Shown here piece by piece: positions 42,188 through 53,106 of a stretch of 64,000 nucleotides of DNA; within the stretch, counting starts at the first letter, position 1; every line of letters begins with the position of its first letter. A program made the position numbers and the translations under genes. Below the pieces are notes generated by a model, which worked only from the letters and a program-made list of their open reading frames with translations, was not told where the DNA came from and searched no databases. This stretch comes from an uncultured Gemmatimonadales bacterium. Its GTDB lineage: Bacteria; Gemmatimonadota; Gemmatimonadetes; Longimicrobiales; RSA9. The stretch covers positions 608,001-672,000 of the forward strand of contig CAWCRS010000003.1 in the NCBI GenBank assembly GCA_963798085.1. Direction: 5' to 3'.

Positions 42188-43302
42188 GCGGCCGCCGCCC
42201 CGAGCATGCGCTCGTAGAAGCTCACCGTCTCCTGCGCGATGCGCCGATTGGTGAAGCATGCGAGGGCGCGCGTACGACCGCGCGCGCTCAACTGCTGGCG
42301 CGCTGCCGGCGAATCCGCCAGAGCCATCAGCGCACGCACTAACGCGCCACTATCGCCCTCGCGCACCACCAGCCCGGCATCGCCAATGACCGCCGGAATT
42401 TCGCCCAATGTCGAGCCGATCACGGGAACACCCACCGCCATGGCCTCCACCAGGATGCGCCCGAACTGCTCCATCCAGCCCGCGGTGCGCGTGGAAGGCA
42501 GTGCCACGACGTCGCAGGCATTGAGCAGTCCCGGCATGTCGTGCGCGGGCACATCGCCCAGCAGGTGCAGGCGCTCGAGCACCCCTGCCTGCCGCGCCCT
42601 GGCCTGCAGCACTCTGCGCAGCGGGCCGTCACCGGCGATCACAAGGGCCGCGTCGGGCAGCGCGGTCAGCGCCTGGAGCAGCTGCTGCACGCCTTTCTCG
42701 GGCACCAGGCGGCCGCCAAAGCCGATCGCGAAATCGGCCGCACCAATGCGGAGGCGACGACGCCACTCCGCGCGCGCGACGGGATCCGCCCGGAAGCGGC
42801 AGGTGTCCACGCCCATCTGCGGGATCACTTCGAGCGGGCCGTGATAACCCCACGCACGCAGGACTGCCGCGGCCTGCGCGGTACCCGCAATGCCGCCGCC
42901 CGCCCGCGCGAACACGAAGGTTCGCAGTCTGGCGAATGGCTGCGGAATACGCTTGTGCAGGTTCTGCCACGCGAAGAACAGGAAAGGCACGCCCTGGCGT
43001 GCGCAGTGCCTGGCCAGCTGCGCCGTGACGGCGCTGTACGGCTCCTCGTCAATGTGCACCAGATCCGGCCTGGCCTGGCGCAGCCATGCGCTGACATCGC
43101 GGTAGACATGGAAATGGTTGTGCCCGTGCAGTGCGGCGGGCACGCTTTCGAGCCATGGCTCGGCCGGCGAGGGCGGGTCTACCGGGCGAGGACCCCAGCG
43201 CTCGGGCATGACCGCGTGCAGCTCGACCAGGCCGGCCAGCTCGCGCAGCTTGTCGCGGTATGCGCCCGTGGTCATCGCCTTGGAGACGTAGAGCAGCCTC
43301 AT
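42184..43302 (-). CDS. GT4 glycosyltransferase
   Basis: IDEEP, GRLVPEKG, WMEQFGRILVEAMA. Confidence 0.9.
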   Translation of the reverse strand: MRLLYVSKAMTTGAYRDKLRELAGLVELHAVMPERWGPRPVDPPSPAEPWLESVPAALHGHNHFHVYRDVSAWLRQARPDLVHIDEEPYSAVTAQLARHCARQGVPFLFFAWQNLHKRIPQPFARLRTFVFARAGGGIAGTAQAAAVLRAWGYHGPLEVIPQMGVDTCRFRADPVARAEWRRRLRIGAADFAIGFGGRLVPEKGVQQLLQALTALPDAALVIAGDGPLRRVLQARARQAGVLERLHLLGDVPAHDMPGLLNACDVVALPSTRTAGWMEQFGRILVEAMAVGVPVIGSTLGEIPAVIGDAGLVVREGDSGALVRALMALADSPAARQQLSARGRTRALACFTNRRIAQETVSFYERMLGAAAA

Positions 43303-44753
43303 CCCGCCTCCCCGCCGGCGCCGCGCAGTGCGGCCAGCACCACGGCGCGCTCGGCGTGCGGCAGTGCACCCGCCACGGCGCAGACCACGCCGGTCGTGGC
43401 CACGAACGCCAGCGCTGCCACGGCGCTCCCGCCGGGCTCGCGCAACCACGCGAGCACGCCTGCGCTGGCGGCGGATAACAGCGCGCTAGCGAGTATGACG
43501 GCGCGTGGCCGGACGCCCGCGTGCACCCGCAGCACCGCCATCATGCCGGCTGCCAGTCCGGCCTCGGTGAGCAGCATTGCCTGGGCTGTGCCCGCCGCAC
43601 CGTGCGCTGGAACCAGCAGCCCGTTCAGCGCGACCTTGAGCAGCAATGCCGCACCATAGAGCGCCGCGACGGCGCGAATGTGACCGCCCGCCGCCAGCAC
43701 GTAGCCGCCCACAATGTTCACGGCCAGCGGCGCAATGGCAATGGCGAGCAGCGCGGTCACCGGAATGGCGGCGCTGTACGCACTGCCAAAAAGCAGCGGC
43801 ACCAGCGTGTCGCGCGCCAGCCAGAGCGTGCCCGCAGCGACCACGCCACTCAGGAGTGTCAGCTCCATGAGCCGGGTCGCGGCCAGAACAGCACTGTTCG
43901 CATTGGCCCGTGCCAGGCGGGGATAGACTGCCGCCGCGCCGGCCACGGCCAGCGCCTGGATGACATCAATGAACTTGTGCGCGGCCGTGTACACGCCCAC
44001 GTCGCTGGAGGCACGCCAGTGGCCGAGCAGGAGCACTTCCAGCTTGGAGTGCGCGGTCAGCGCAATGAAGGCGAGCGCGAAGGGCACCAGCGCGCGCAGC
44101 AACGGCCGGATGCGCGCGGGTCGTGCGCCCAGGCGAAGCCCGTGCGGCGCGCGGGCGGCCAGCCAGAGCAGCGCGACGCACTGTCCGAGCAGTGTCGCCA
44201 CGCAGAACCAGACTACACTGCGCGTCAGCACGACGAGCAGGGCGCCCAGACCGCCCGTCACCAGGCCGTACAGCGCACTGGCCTGCATCCAGATTTCCAT
44301 GCGCTCGATGGACTGGACCCAGGCGGCCAGATTCTCCGCGTACGCGCCCACCGCGTAGCCGCAGCCCAGCACCAGAGTGGCTAGCAGCACTTCGCCGCGG
44401 TAATGCAGGACGCCCCGGCCCAGCGCGAACAGCAGTGTCAGCATGAGGATGTTGCTGCCCGTCTTGACGATGTGCGCTCCGCGGAGCCAGCCGCCGCTGC
44501 CCGCCGGATCCCTCGCCATCTCGCGCACCAGCAGCGGCGACATGCCGAGTGTCGAGACGATGCTCAGCAGCACCGCGAAGGCGGCGGCGGTGCCGTATTC
44601 GCCGAAGCGGGCCGCGCCCAGCGTCCGGGCCGCGACCACCACGGCGCCGACGGTCAGCAGTCGCGGCAGTGTGTACGCGAGGAACAGCGAGAAGGCATTG
44701 GCGAAGATGCGGCGCAATGCGCGCGCGCCCTCGCTCCGCGCGTCGTCGCTCAT
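43299..44753 (-). CDS. Wzx-type polysaccharide flippase
   Basis: Multi-TM; ARTLGAARFG, VGVYTAA, LLFGSAY; ATGA overlaps at both ends. Confidence 0.85.
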   Translation of the reverse strand: MSDDARSEGARALRRIFANAFSLFLAYTLPRLLTVGAVVVAARTLGAARFGEYGTAAAFAVLLSIVSTLGMSPLLVREMARDPAGSGGWLRGAHIVKTGSNILMLTLLFALGRGVLHYRGEVLLATLVLGCGYAVGAYAENLAAWVQSIERMEIWMQASALYGLVTGGLGALLVVLTRSVVWFCVATLLGQCVALLWLAARAPHGLRLGARPARIRPLLRALVPFALAFIALTAHSKLEVLLLGHWRASSDVGVYTAAHKFIDVIQALAVAGAAAVYPRLARANANSAVLAATRLMELTLLSGVVAAGTLWLARDTLVPLLFGSAYSAAIPVTALLAIAIAPLAVNIVGGYVLAAGGHIRAVAALYGAALLLKVALNGLLVPAHGAAGTAQAMLLTEAGLAAGMMAVLRVHAGVRPRAVILASALLSAASAGVLAWLREPGGSAVAALAFVATTGVVCAVAGALPHAERAVVLAALRGAGGEAG

Positions 44754-45358
44754 CCGTCGTCCTGGCCGCGCAGTACGACGGGAATGGTGCGCAGGAAAAT
44801 CGCGAGGTCGCGCGCGGGCGAGCGGTGCTGCAGGTACTCCAGCTCGATGCGCGCACGCTCCGGATAATCCGGACGTTCGCGGCCGCGTGCGGTCCACGCG
44901 CCCACAATGCCGGGCCGGTCGCGCAGCAGTTCGCCCGCCGCATCGCCGTACAGCGCGAGTTCGTCCGGCACCACAGGGCGAGGTCCCACCAGCGACATGG
45001 TACCGTTCAGCACGTTGAGCAGCTGCGGGATCTCGTCCAGGTACGTGCGACGCAGCCAGCGGCCGACGCGTGTGACGCGCGGGTCTTCGCCATTGGGCAG
45101 CTTGTAGCCGTTGCGCACGTAGCTGTGGCGCAGCGCAGGCTCGTGCCGCAATCGGTCCTCGGCGCCCACGTTCATGGTACGCAGTTTCCAGCAGCGGAAA
45201 GGGCGGCCGCTCCGGCCCACGCGCTGGTGGCCGAAGAAGACGGGCCGTCCCGTTGCCAACAGCACTGTCAGCGCGGCCAGGGCCAGCAGAGGCGCCAGCA
45301 GCAGCAGCAGAATGGAGGCGCCCAGGAGGTCCGTGAGCCTGCGCATGGTGGGCTTCAC
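44750..45358 (-). CDS. Priming sugar transferase (Bac_transf); alternative start 45346
   Basis: KLRTM, DPRVTRVGRWLRRTYLDEIPQL, MSLVGPRP. Confidence 0.92.
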   Translation of the reverse strand: MKPTMRRLTDLLGASILLLLLAPLLALAALTVLLATGRPVFFGHQRVGRSGRPFRCWKLRTMNVGAEDRLRHEPALRHSYVRNGYKLPNGEDPRVTRVGRWLRRTYLDEIPQLLNVLNGTMSLVGPRPVVPDELALYGDAAGELLRDRPGIVGAWTARGRERPDYPERARIELEYLQHRSPARDLAIFLRTIPVVLRGQDDG

Positions 45359-47356
45359 GTCCAGAGGTCGGACTTCTGCCGTTCGCGCTCGCACACCACG
45401 ATCGAGCCGACCACGACCGAACCGGCGGTGCGCAGCAGCCTGACGGAGCGCTGCAGGACATCCCGCCGCGTCCGGCCCGTGCGCACGATCAGCGCAACCG
45501 GCCCGCCATCGGCAGCCGCAGCGGCCGCGAAGTCCCCGACCGGTGGCAGGGCGACGAGATGTCGGGCGGCGGGGCCTGCCTGCTGCAGCTCGACGGGCTT
45601 GCCATTGCTGCCCGCCAGAGCGCGCGCCATGCCCTCCGCCCGCCCATCGCGCCCGGCGGCCACGAGAGCTACGCGACTGTTAGTGCCGTTCCGGCCCGCG
45701 AAGCGCACCACAGCGCTTACTTCCGCGTCGGACAGCGCGGGCAGCGCATCCCTCGCCGCAACGGTGACGGCAAGAATGGGCGCACCGGTAATGCCCTCGA
45801 TCTCTACCGCGCGGCGCACCGTGCGATCGGCGCGTTCCGCAACGTAGAGCGCGAGCAGGCCGAAGATGCCGCTGATCGAGCAGGCCCACCGCGAGTCCCA
45901 GCTTCTTGCGCGGCCAGATGGGCTTGAAGCGAATGGCCGGTGGATCGATGACCTGCACGTTGGAGAAGGTGAGCGCCTGCCGCATCTGCTCCTGCCGCAG
46001 GCGTTCCTCGGTCATGAGGATGATCTCGGAGAGCAGCCGGATGGCGCGCTGGCGGCGGCCCATCTCAATGGTCTGCGAGGGTGTGTGCGACAACGCCGTG
46101 TCCATGCTCGCGACCTGACCCTTGAGCACATCGAGGCCTCGTGCCAGCGCCGTGCGATAGCCGTGCACCAGTGAGCGCAGCGTGCTGTCCAGCGCCTGGA
46201 TCTGTTCGTCGACCAGCCGCACTTCATGGCTGGTCTCGGCGCGCCGCATGAGCAGCTCGGAGCGCTGCCCGCGCAGCTCCGTGAAGCGCGTGAGCAGCTG
46301 GCCCACTGTCTGGTTCTCGAGGAACTTCGGGAGCGTGAGCAGCACGCTCCAGTCGAGCCCGGAGTCGGGCGTGGCATCCATGCGGTCCGCGATGGCGGCA
46401 ATGGCATCCAGCTCGTAGTTCGTCTGCTCCACCTGCGTGACCAGACCGCTGTAGCGCTCGACGAAGGCTTCGCCCTGCACGTCGGGCTGCACCAGGTGCG
46501 TGTTGCGCTGCCACGACTCGAGGGCGCTCTCGGCGCTGGCCAACTCGCGGTTAGTCGAGTCCACCACCACGCGCAGCGAATCCACCGCCTCCTCGCTCTC
46601 CCGGCGCGCGATCTCGGCGCGCAGCTCGATGAAGCGCCCGATCATGGAGTTGACGACGCCACGCACGACGGCCGCATCGTTCCCGTCGTACGCCAGGTCC
46701 ACCACATTGGCATCGCGGCGGGAGCGCTCCACTGCCAGCTTCGGGCGCTGCTCGAGCACGGCCATGGCGGGCGGGATCGTGCGCACGCGGATCTTGCGTG
46801 GCCATTCCGGCCGCCGGGCTCTCAGCATCACGGTCACGCCGCCGAACTGCACAGGCTGACCGGCGGCGACCGTCGCGATGGCCGAGTCGCGGGGCGCCAC
46901 CTGGCGCACCGCGACCCTTCCATCGTCCTGCCAGGCCAGCTCGAACGTGGCCTTCGTGGTCGTGGAATCGGCGCGGAACGAAGTGAAGACGGAATCGCGG
47001 GTCCAGCCGCGCGGTTCGATCAGCTTCGCGTTGAGCGACTGATCGCGAATCACCTGTTCGGTCAGCGTCCTGCTGTCCAGCAGCTCGAGGTCGTTGGCGA
47101 ACGGATCACCACCGAGTCGCATGAGACCGAATACACTGGCCGTGGGCGAGACACCGCTGGCCGGTGGCGGCTCTCCCAGACGCAGCCGCGCGTTCGCGCG
47201 ATAGACGGGAATGGCGCGGAAGATCGTGAACACGCAGAACGCGGCGAGCGCGAGAAACACGCTGAGCGCCGGTCGCCAGCGCCGTTGCAACAGGCCGGAC
47301 CACGATTCCAGCCAGCCTTCGCGTCCGTTCGCCTCCCCCGGTTCCAGCAACTGCAT
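45355..47356 (-). CDS. Wzc/GumC-like polysaccharide co-polymerase with degenerate kinase domain (frameshift at about 45877)
   Basis: N-terminal TM, coiled coil, VIDPP..PIWP, TM2; the C-terminal domain continues in ORF 45355..45819. Confidence 0.82.
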
Positions 47357-47358
47357 GG

Positions 47359-47970
47359 CTAACGCACGATGAAGCTGGTAGCGGCGGCGGCCGCAACCAA
47401 TGCGGCGGCGCCGATGAAGATGGGCAGGTTCTCGCTCAGCCAGCTGCGCCGCGAGATGAGCACCTGGTCACCCGAATGCAGCGGAATGGGCGGCGGTGCA
47501 CCCGCGCGCAGCTGGATGCGTTCTTCTTTCCCCGCGTGCACGAGCACGAGGCTCCTGCGGTTGGCGGTGGGCAGCATGCCCCCGGATAACACGAAAGCAT
47601 CAGCCAGCGTGCCGTTGCCATCGATCCACTGAAAGCCGGGCAACCGTACTTCACCCAGCACAGCGACGCGCTGCAGCGGCGTCACCAGCAGCTCGGGGTC
47701 CGCCAGCTCCTGCGCGAAACCCGTGCGGATGGTGGATTCGATCTCGGAAAACGGGCGTTGCGACACGTCCAGCAGCCCGATCAGCGGCAGCATGATGCGG
47801 CCTTCCGGACTGACCACGTAGCGACCCGACAGGTTTGGTTCGTTCTTTACCTGGAGCAGGAGCTGATCGCCGGGGCGCAGCTGCAGCGACGCGGTGTCCT
47901 GCGCCCGCAGCGAGGCAGGCAGAAGTGCCAGCGCCGGCACCAGCAGAGCATACACGGCAACGGAGCGCAT
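47359..47970 (-). CDS. Polysaccharide export protein (Poly_export + SLBB)
   Basis: LRPGDQL, GRIMLPLIG, VLGEVRLPG, LHSGDQV. Confidence 0.88.
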   Translation of the reverse strand: MRSVAVYALLVPALALLPASLRAQDTASLQLRPGDQLLLQVKNEPNLSGRYVVSPEGRIMLPLIGLLDVSQRPFSEIESTIRTGFAQELADPELLVTPLQRVAVLGEVRLPGFQWIDGNGTLADAFVLSGGMLPTANRRSLVLVHAGKEERIQLRAGAPPPIPLHSGDQVLISRRSWLSENLPIFIGAAALVAAAAATSFIVR

Positions 47971-48087
47971 CCCGGGATCTTCGCGAGAGAAGCGTAGTGG
48001 ACGGAGCAGCCGTACGGACTAAGAACGATTGGACTGCGCCGCAGTTGACGCGGCGCCGGCCCGGACAACATTCGCGACCCTAGCAGA

Positions 48088-49419
48088 GTGCTCGGACCTT
48101 CGCCAAACGAGCCATTTCGCGCGCATGCACGGCTGCCCTCGGCGCTCCGGACTTTTACGGAGCACGAGCTGGAGCTGACGGGCGCTGAAATCGCCGCGCG
48201 CTTCCGCTGGGCGCGACAGCAGGGGCACATCGCATACCTGTGGCCGCACGTGCCCGTGGACGCCTGGCGTGCGTGCCTGCGGGAGACCGAGCGCGTAGTG
48301 GGACTGGTGCTTTCGCATCACCCGGACCCGGTCGAACTGGTCACACCGCCGGGTGCGGACGCGCGGGCCATCGGACTGGCCGCCTTCACGAGCGGAACCG
48401 GCCCGCTGCTGGGCTTCTGGCTCGAGCAGGGCCGCCTCTCGGCTGAGGGTGAGCTGCCCGCGCTGCTGCGCCTGCACCTCGAACACAATCGACGCCGCGC
48501 CCGGCGCATGAACGCGGAGCTGCAACGCGCGCTCGACGTGCTGGCAGAGGCTGCGCTGCGCGCCGTCGTGGTGAAAGCGTCACACACCGGCCCCGCGTAC
48601 TTCCCGGACGCCGGCACCCGTCCCGCCGCCGACATCGACCTGATCGTGCCGCCCGCCGAAGCTGCGCTGGCCGCGCAGCGGCTCGAGCGCGCCGGCTATC
48701 GCCTGGTCAAGCGGCAGCGACATCCATGGAAAAGCGACTGGGTGCCGCCGGACTCGCCCGCAGGTGTGCGCTCCCTGGAACTCACGCACGCGGACAATCC
48801 CTTCACGATCGAATTGCACGGTGGCGCGCTGCGTGAGTTCTTCGGTGTGCGCACCCTGAGCCTGGATCCGCTGGACGAACGGAATACGCGCTGGGCTCCC
48901 GAACTGCACGGCTCCGCGCGCGTGCTGGTGCAGCCCTGGCTCACCGCGTACCTGGCCGCACACGCGTCAGAAGAGCTGCACCAGCTGCAACTGGTGCGCA
49001 TCGTCGAGCTGGCCCTGGTGATCCGGCAGGACACGGAGCGCGGACTGCTGCGCGGTGATGCCTTGCTCGCGCTGCTGCGGGAACGAGATGCCGTACGCTT
49101 CGTGTATCCCGCGCTGGAACTGGTCGAGCGACTCGTGCCGGGCACGATCGATGAGGGCCTGCGCTGCGCGCTGAACGCCAGCGCGACACCGCGCATGCGT
49201 CGCGTGCTCGAACGCCTCGGGCCCGGCACGGCGCAGCGCCTGGAAGGCACTTCACTGGACGAGCGCTTCCTCTGGACGCGCGGACCGATGGAGATGCTGC
49301 GCCGCGTGCTGCACATGCTCTGGCCAACACGCGGCAAGTCGCAGCGGCTGCGCAATGTGTACCGCGAGCGCCTGGCACGCGTCCTGCGCGGGCGCATCTC
49401 CTTACGGCGTTACGACTAA
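48088..49419 (+). CDS. Nucleotidyltransferase family protein (NTP_transf_5-like)
   Basis: VVVKA...YFPDAGTRPAADIDLIV (DxD), IELH. Confidence 0.78.
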   Translation: MLGPSPNEPFRAHARLPSALRTFTEHELELTGAEIAARFRWARQQGHIAYLWPHVPVDAWRACLRETERVVGLVLSHHPDPVELVTPPGADARAIGLAAFTSGTGPLLGFWLEQGRLSAEGELPALLRLHLEHNRRRARRMNAELQRALDVLAEAALRAVVVKASHTGPAYFPDAGTRPAADIDLIVPPAEAALAAQRLERAGYRLVKRQRHPWKSDWVPPDSPAGVRSLELTHADNPFTIELHGGALREFFGVRTLSLDPLDERNTRWAPELHGSARVLVQPWLTAYLAAHASEELHQLQLVRIVELALVIRQDTERGLLRGDALLALLRERDAVRFVYPALELVERLVPGTIDEGLRCALNASATPRMRRVLERLGPGTAQRLEGTSLDERFLWTRGPMEMLRRVLHMLWPTRGKSQRLRNVYRERLARVLRGRISLRRYD

Positions 49420-50799
49420 CCCGCTGGTAGACACACCCTCGCCTGATCCCGCGCCCGCCCGGCGGAACAGCACGAACAGCAGTCCCGCTGCGCCCGCCAG
49501 CGCGACCGCGGCGGCAAGTGAGAAGAGCGTACCGAACGTCGTCGCCTGCAATACGAAGCCACCCGCCGTGGCGCCCGTCAGACCACTCAGGTCCGTGGCC
49601 GCGTTGCGCCAGGTCGAGATGCTGCCCTGCCGCTCGCGCGGCGCCTGCTCGAGCAGCCACTGATCGATCAGCGGATTGGTGGCCGGCGGCACGAAACCCT
49701 GCAGCAGGTAGAGCACGAATGCCGGCGCGAGTGCGGTGGTGAGCGCGAGCGCCCAGAGGAGTGGTGCAAAGGGCAAGGACCAGCAGAGCAGCAGGCGGCG
49801 TGTGCCCACGCGCGCGGCGAGGTCGCCACTCGCGAAGACGGCCAGCGCGGTGATGCCCTGCGCCACGCCGAAAAGCAGGCCAATGCGGTCGACGGCGAGG
49901 CCGTGCACGCGCAGGAAGTAGAGATTCAGGAAGGGAATCACGAGGCCGCCCGCGATCATCCAGACGAATACGACGAGCACGGGCAGAAGCAGCCGGCCGG
50001 GCAGCACTACGTGCGCCAGCAGGCGGGCGAACTCCGGCCGTGAGCGCGCAGCCTTGTCGTTCACCCCGGCTGTTTCGCCGTGTCCGCGTAACAGATTGTT
50101 TGAAGGCGACGACACGGCCTCGACGTCGCCGGCGCTGCGGGACGCCGTTCGCAGGGCCACGGCCGGCCTGTCCTGCGCTCGGGTGCGCGTGTCCTGCAGC
50201 CGGCGGCGCAGCGACAGGAACAGCAGCGCGGCCAGCGCAGGGCTGAGGCCGCCCGCCAGCAGGCCGGCGCGCACACCGGCAATGTGACTGAGGCCGAAGC
50301 CGTGCTCCAGCCACGTCGTGAATTCGCCGGAAACCGCGGTCCACAAAGCGCCTGCACCGAGCAGGAGTGCAACGTTCCACGAGAACGCGCGCGCGCGGGC
50401 GCCACGCGCTGCGAGCTGCATCAGCAGCGGCCCCATGGCCACGCGCCAGGATGATGTGCCGGCGCCCGCCAGCAGCGCGGCCAGATAGATGGTGACGGGT
50501 GTTCCGGCCCATGCGCCCAGCGAAAGTCCCGCTGCCGTGAAGGACGCAGCCAACAACCAGGTGGGACTCGCCCCAAGCCGGTCCACCAGTTGACCCGCGG
50601 GAATCAGCGCCAGCAGGCCGCCCGCCGTCAACGCCGCCGCGGCGCCGCCCATCACGCGCGCGTCGAGGCGCAGTGCGTCCAGGTAGAAGTTGTACAGGAA
50701 GCCGTGCGAGAAGAGGCCGGCGGCAAACAGAACGTTGCAGCCGAAGAAGATCGCGAGTGCGCCCCAGTCTCCGCCCTCAGGCTTTTCTGCGGATTTCAA
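49402..50799 (-). CDS. MFS transporter
   Basis: About 12 hydrophobic helices; GQLVDRLG and GDLAARVG MFS motifs. Confidence 0.85.
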   Translation of the reverse strand: MKSAEKPEGGDWGALAIFFGCNVLFAAGLFSHGFLYNFYLDALRLDARVMGGAAAALTAGGLLALIPAGQLVDRLGASPTWLLAASFTAAGLSLGAWAGTPVTIYLAALLAGAGTSSWRVAMGPLLMQLAARGARARAFSWNVALLLGAGALWTAVSGEFTTWLEHGFGLSHIAGVRAGLLAGGLSPALAALLFLSLRRRLQDTRTRAQDRPAVALRTASRSAGDVEAVSSPSNNLLRGHGETAGVNDKAARSRPEFARLLAHVVLPGRLLLPVLVVFVWMIAGGLVIPFLNLYFLRVHGLAVDRIGLLFGVAQGITALAVFASGDLAARVGTRRLLLCWSLPFAPLLWALALTTALAPAFVLYLLQGFVPPATNPLIDQWLLEQAPRERQGSISTWRNAATDLSGLTGATAGGFVLQATTFGTLFSLAAAVALAGAAGLLFVLFRRAGAGSGEGVSTSGLVVTP

Positions 50800-51045
50800 A
50801 GCGACGACGCTGCCTCCCGTTTACAACATACTCTTACGCGTGTCATGCGGGACGTGAACCGTACGGGTTTTCACGGATGCGTGTCCAGCCGACCCTCCTG
50901 CATGTGCGATCACCTCACGACCCGGCGGGCCGCAATGTCAACGGATCGGGCTCTCGGACATTCTTCTAGGACTCGGCGGGCCACGAGCAACACGCGTGCA
51001 GCCACGGTCCGCGCAATACTCACCGGGCGTCGAAACGAAGACTTC

Positions 51046-53087
51046 ATGCTCAACGCATACACGTCCTCGACTGCGACAGCGAGGCGGTGGAAGACGCTGC
51101 ATCCGTGCTGCGCCGCCGCTGCCCTCGCCGCCATCGCATCCGGCGCGGGTGCACAGGTGCGCGACACCGCACGCAGCGACACGACGAACAGGCTGATCCG
51201 GCTGGATCCCATCGTCGTCACCGCGGCACGCGTGCCTGTACGGCAGACGCGCACGGGCTTTTCCCTCTCCATGCTCGGTTCCGCTGCATTGCGGCTGCAG
51301 CACGCGCCCAACGCGGTGGAAATGCTGCGCAATCTGGATGGCACGTTCATCGACGAAGCCAACGGTCCCGGCGGTCCCACGATCGTGCGGCTGCGTGGGG
51401 GCGAAGAGGTGTTCACACAGATCGTGATGGATGGCGTCGAGCTGAACGAGAATGGCGGCTTCTTCGACTTCCAGGGCTTCGCTCCCGTCAATCTCGATCG
51501 TGTCGAGGTGGCGAGGGGCCCGCAGAGCGCGTTGTTCGGTTCGTCGGCGATGAGCGGTGTCGTGCAGTTCATCACGCGTAGCGGGGAAGTGGGCCGACCC
51601 CGCATCAGCGTGGCCGGCGAGGGCACTGGCGCCACGCGCGACGGCGGCGGCTATCGCGGCGAGGCCGACATCTCGGGCGGCTCGCAGGCGCTGCGCTATG
51701 CGGGCGGCTTCGGCTGGACCTTCAATCGGGGCATCTACCAGCTGCCCAACGACACGAAGACGCGCGACGCATCGCTCCGCCTCAATGCCTCGCCTTCCGA
51801 CCGGCTTTGGCTCAGCGGCACGCTGCGCTTCCTGGGCATGGACTCCAATCTGCCCGTGCGCGACCCGGGCGCCACACGCGTGCCGCTCGATCCCAATGCC
51901 CGCGACGAGCGCGACCGGCTCATCTCGTCCGTGAGCGCGCGCCTCGTGACATCGCCGCACATCGACCAGCAGCTGCGCGGCACACTGTACCGCCAGGATT
52001 TCACCTACGACGACAAGGGCGACAATCTCTCGGCCAGCGCGAGCTACCCGTTCTTCATCTTCAATGCCACCTTCCATCAGGACAGCCGCGTGGTGCGCAA
52101 GGGACTGGAGTACGACTTCGAGTATCGCAGCCGCGGCGCGCGCGATGCGGTGGTGCTCTCCTGGGGCGTGCGCGGCGAGCGCGAGTCGCTCGATAACAGC
52201 ACGTTATTCGAGGGCAGTCCGGACAGCCAGCAGCTGGCGCGCAATTCCACTTCCGTCTTCGGCGAGGCGCTGCTGACGCCGTCGTCGCGGCTGGACCTGC
52301 TGGCCGGCGCGCGCGTGGAGAAGTTCGACGGCCTGGACGCGGCCGTGACGCCGCGCGGCAGCGCCGTGCTGCACCTGGTGCCCGGACAGCTCTCGCTTCG
52401 CCTTGCCGCAGGCCGGGCGTACAAGGCGCCCAACATTCAGGACCAGTACGCGAACAACCCCTTCATCGTCTCCAACCCGGACCTCAAGCCGGAGACCAGC
52501 ACCAGCATCGAAGGCGGCGTGGACTGGCAGTCGCGGGATGGGCGCGTGAGCTCCGGCGTCACCGTTTTCCGCCAGAACTTCCGCGACCTGATCCGTGCGG
52601 TGCAGTTCGACTCCACGCGACAGCAGAACCGCAATCTGGGTGAGAGCCGCGCCACCGGCGTGGAAGCACGGTTCGAGTTGCGACCGGCAGCGCGCTGGAG
52701 CGCGGGCATGAGCGGCGGCTGGCTGCGTACGCGCGTACTGAACGCGACCGGGTTGCCGGCAGAGTCGTTCCCTGAAGGCGAAGAGCTTCCCTTCCGGCCG
52801 CGCGCCATCGGCGCCGCCTTCCTGGCGGTGACACCCGCACCCGGTCTGGACCTGCGTCTCCGGGCACAGTACGTGGGCGCGCAGACCGTGCTCACCGAGC
52901 GCTTCAGCGGCAGCCGCGTACGCCTGAACGCCTACGTGCTGCCCGGGTTAACCGCGAATTACAGCGTGCGCGGTGGCTGGAGCCTCTGGGCCAGGCTGGA
53001 CAACGTCGCTGACACCAGATACCAGACCGGCTTCGACCGGCACGGTATCCCCCGACGGGCGCCGTCGGCATACGCTGGCAGAACTGA
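51046..53087 (+). CDS. TonB-dependent receptor (BtuB-like); an indel near 53051 falsely fuses it to the next gene
   Basis: IVVTAAR, RVEVARGPQSALFGS, NPDLKPE, LDNVAD; the corrected C-terminus is TGAVGIRWQN*. Confidence 0.85.
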
Positions 53088-53106
53088 CCACCATCACGGA
53101 GCTGCA

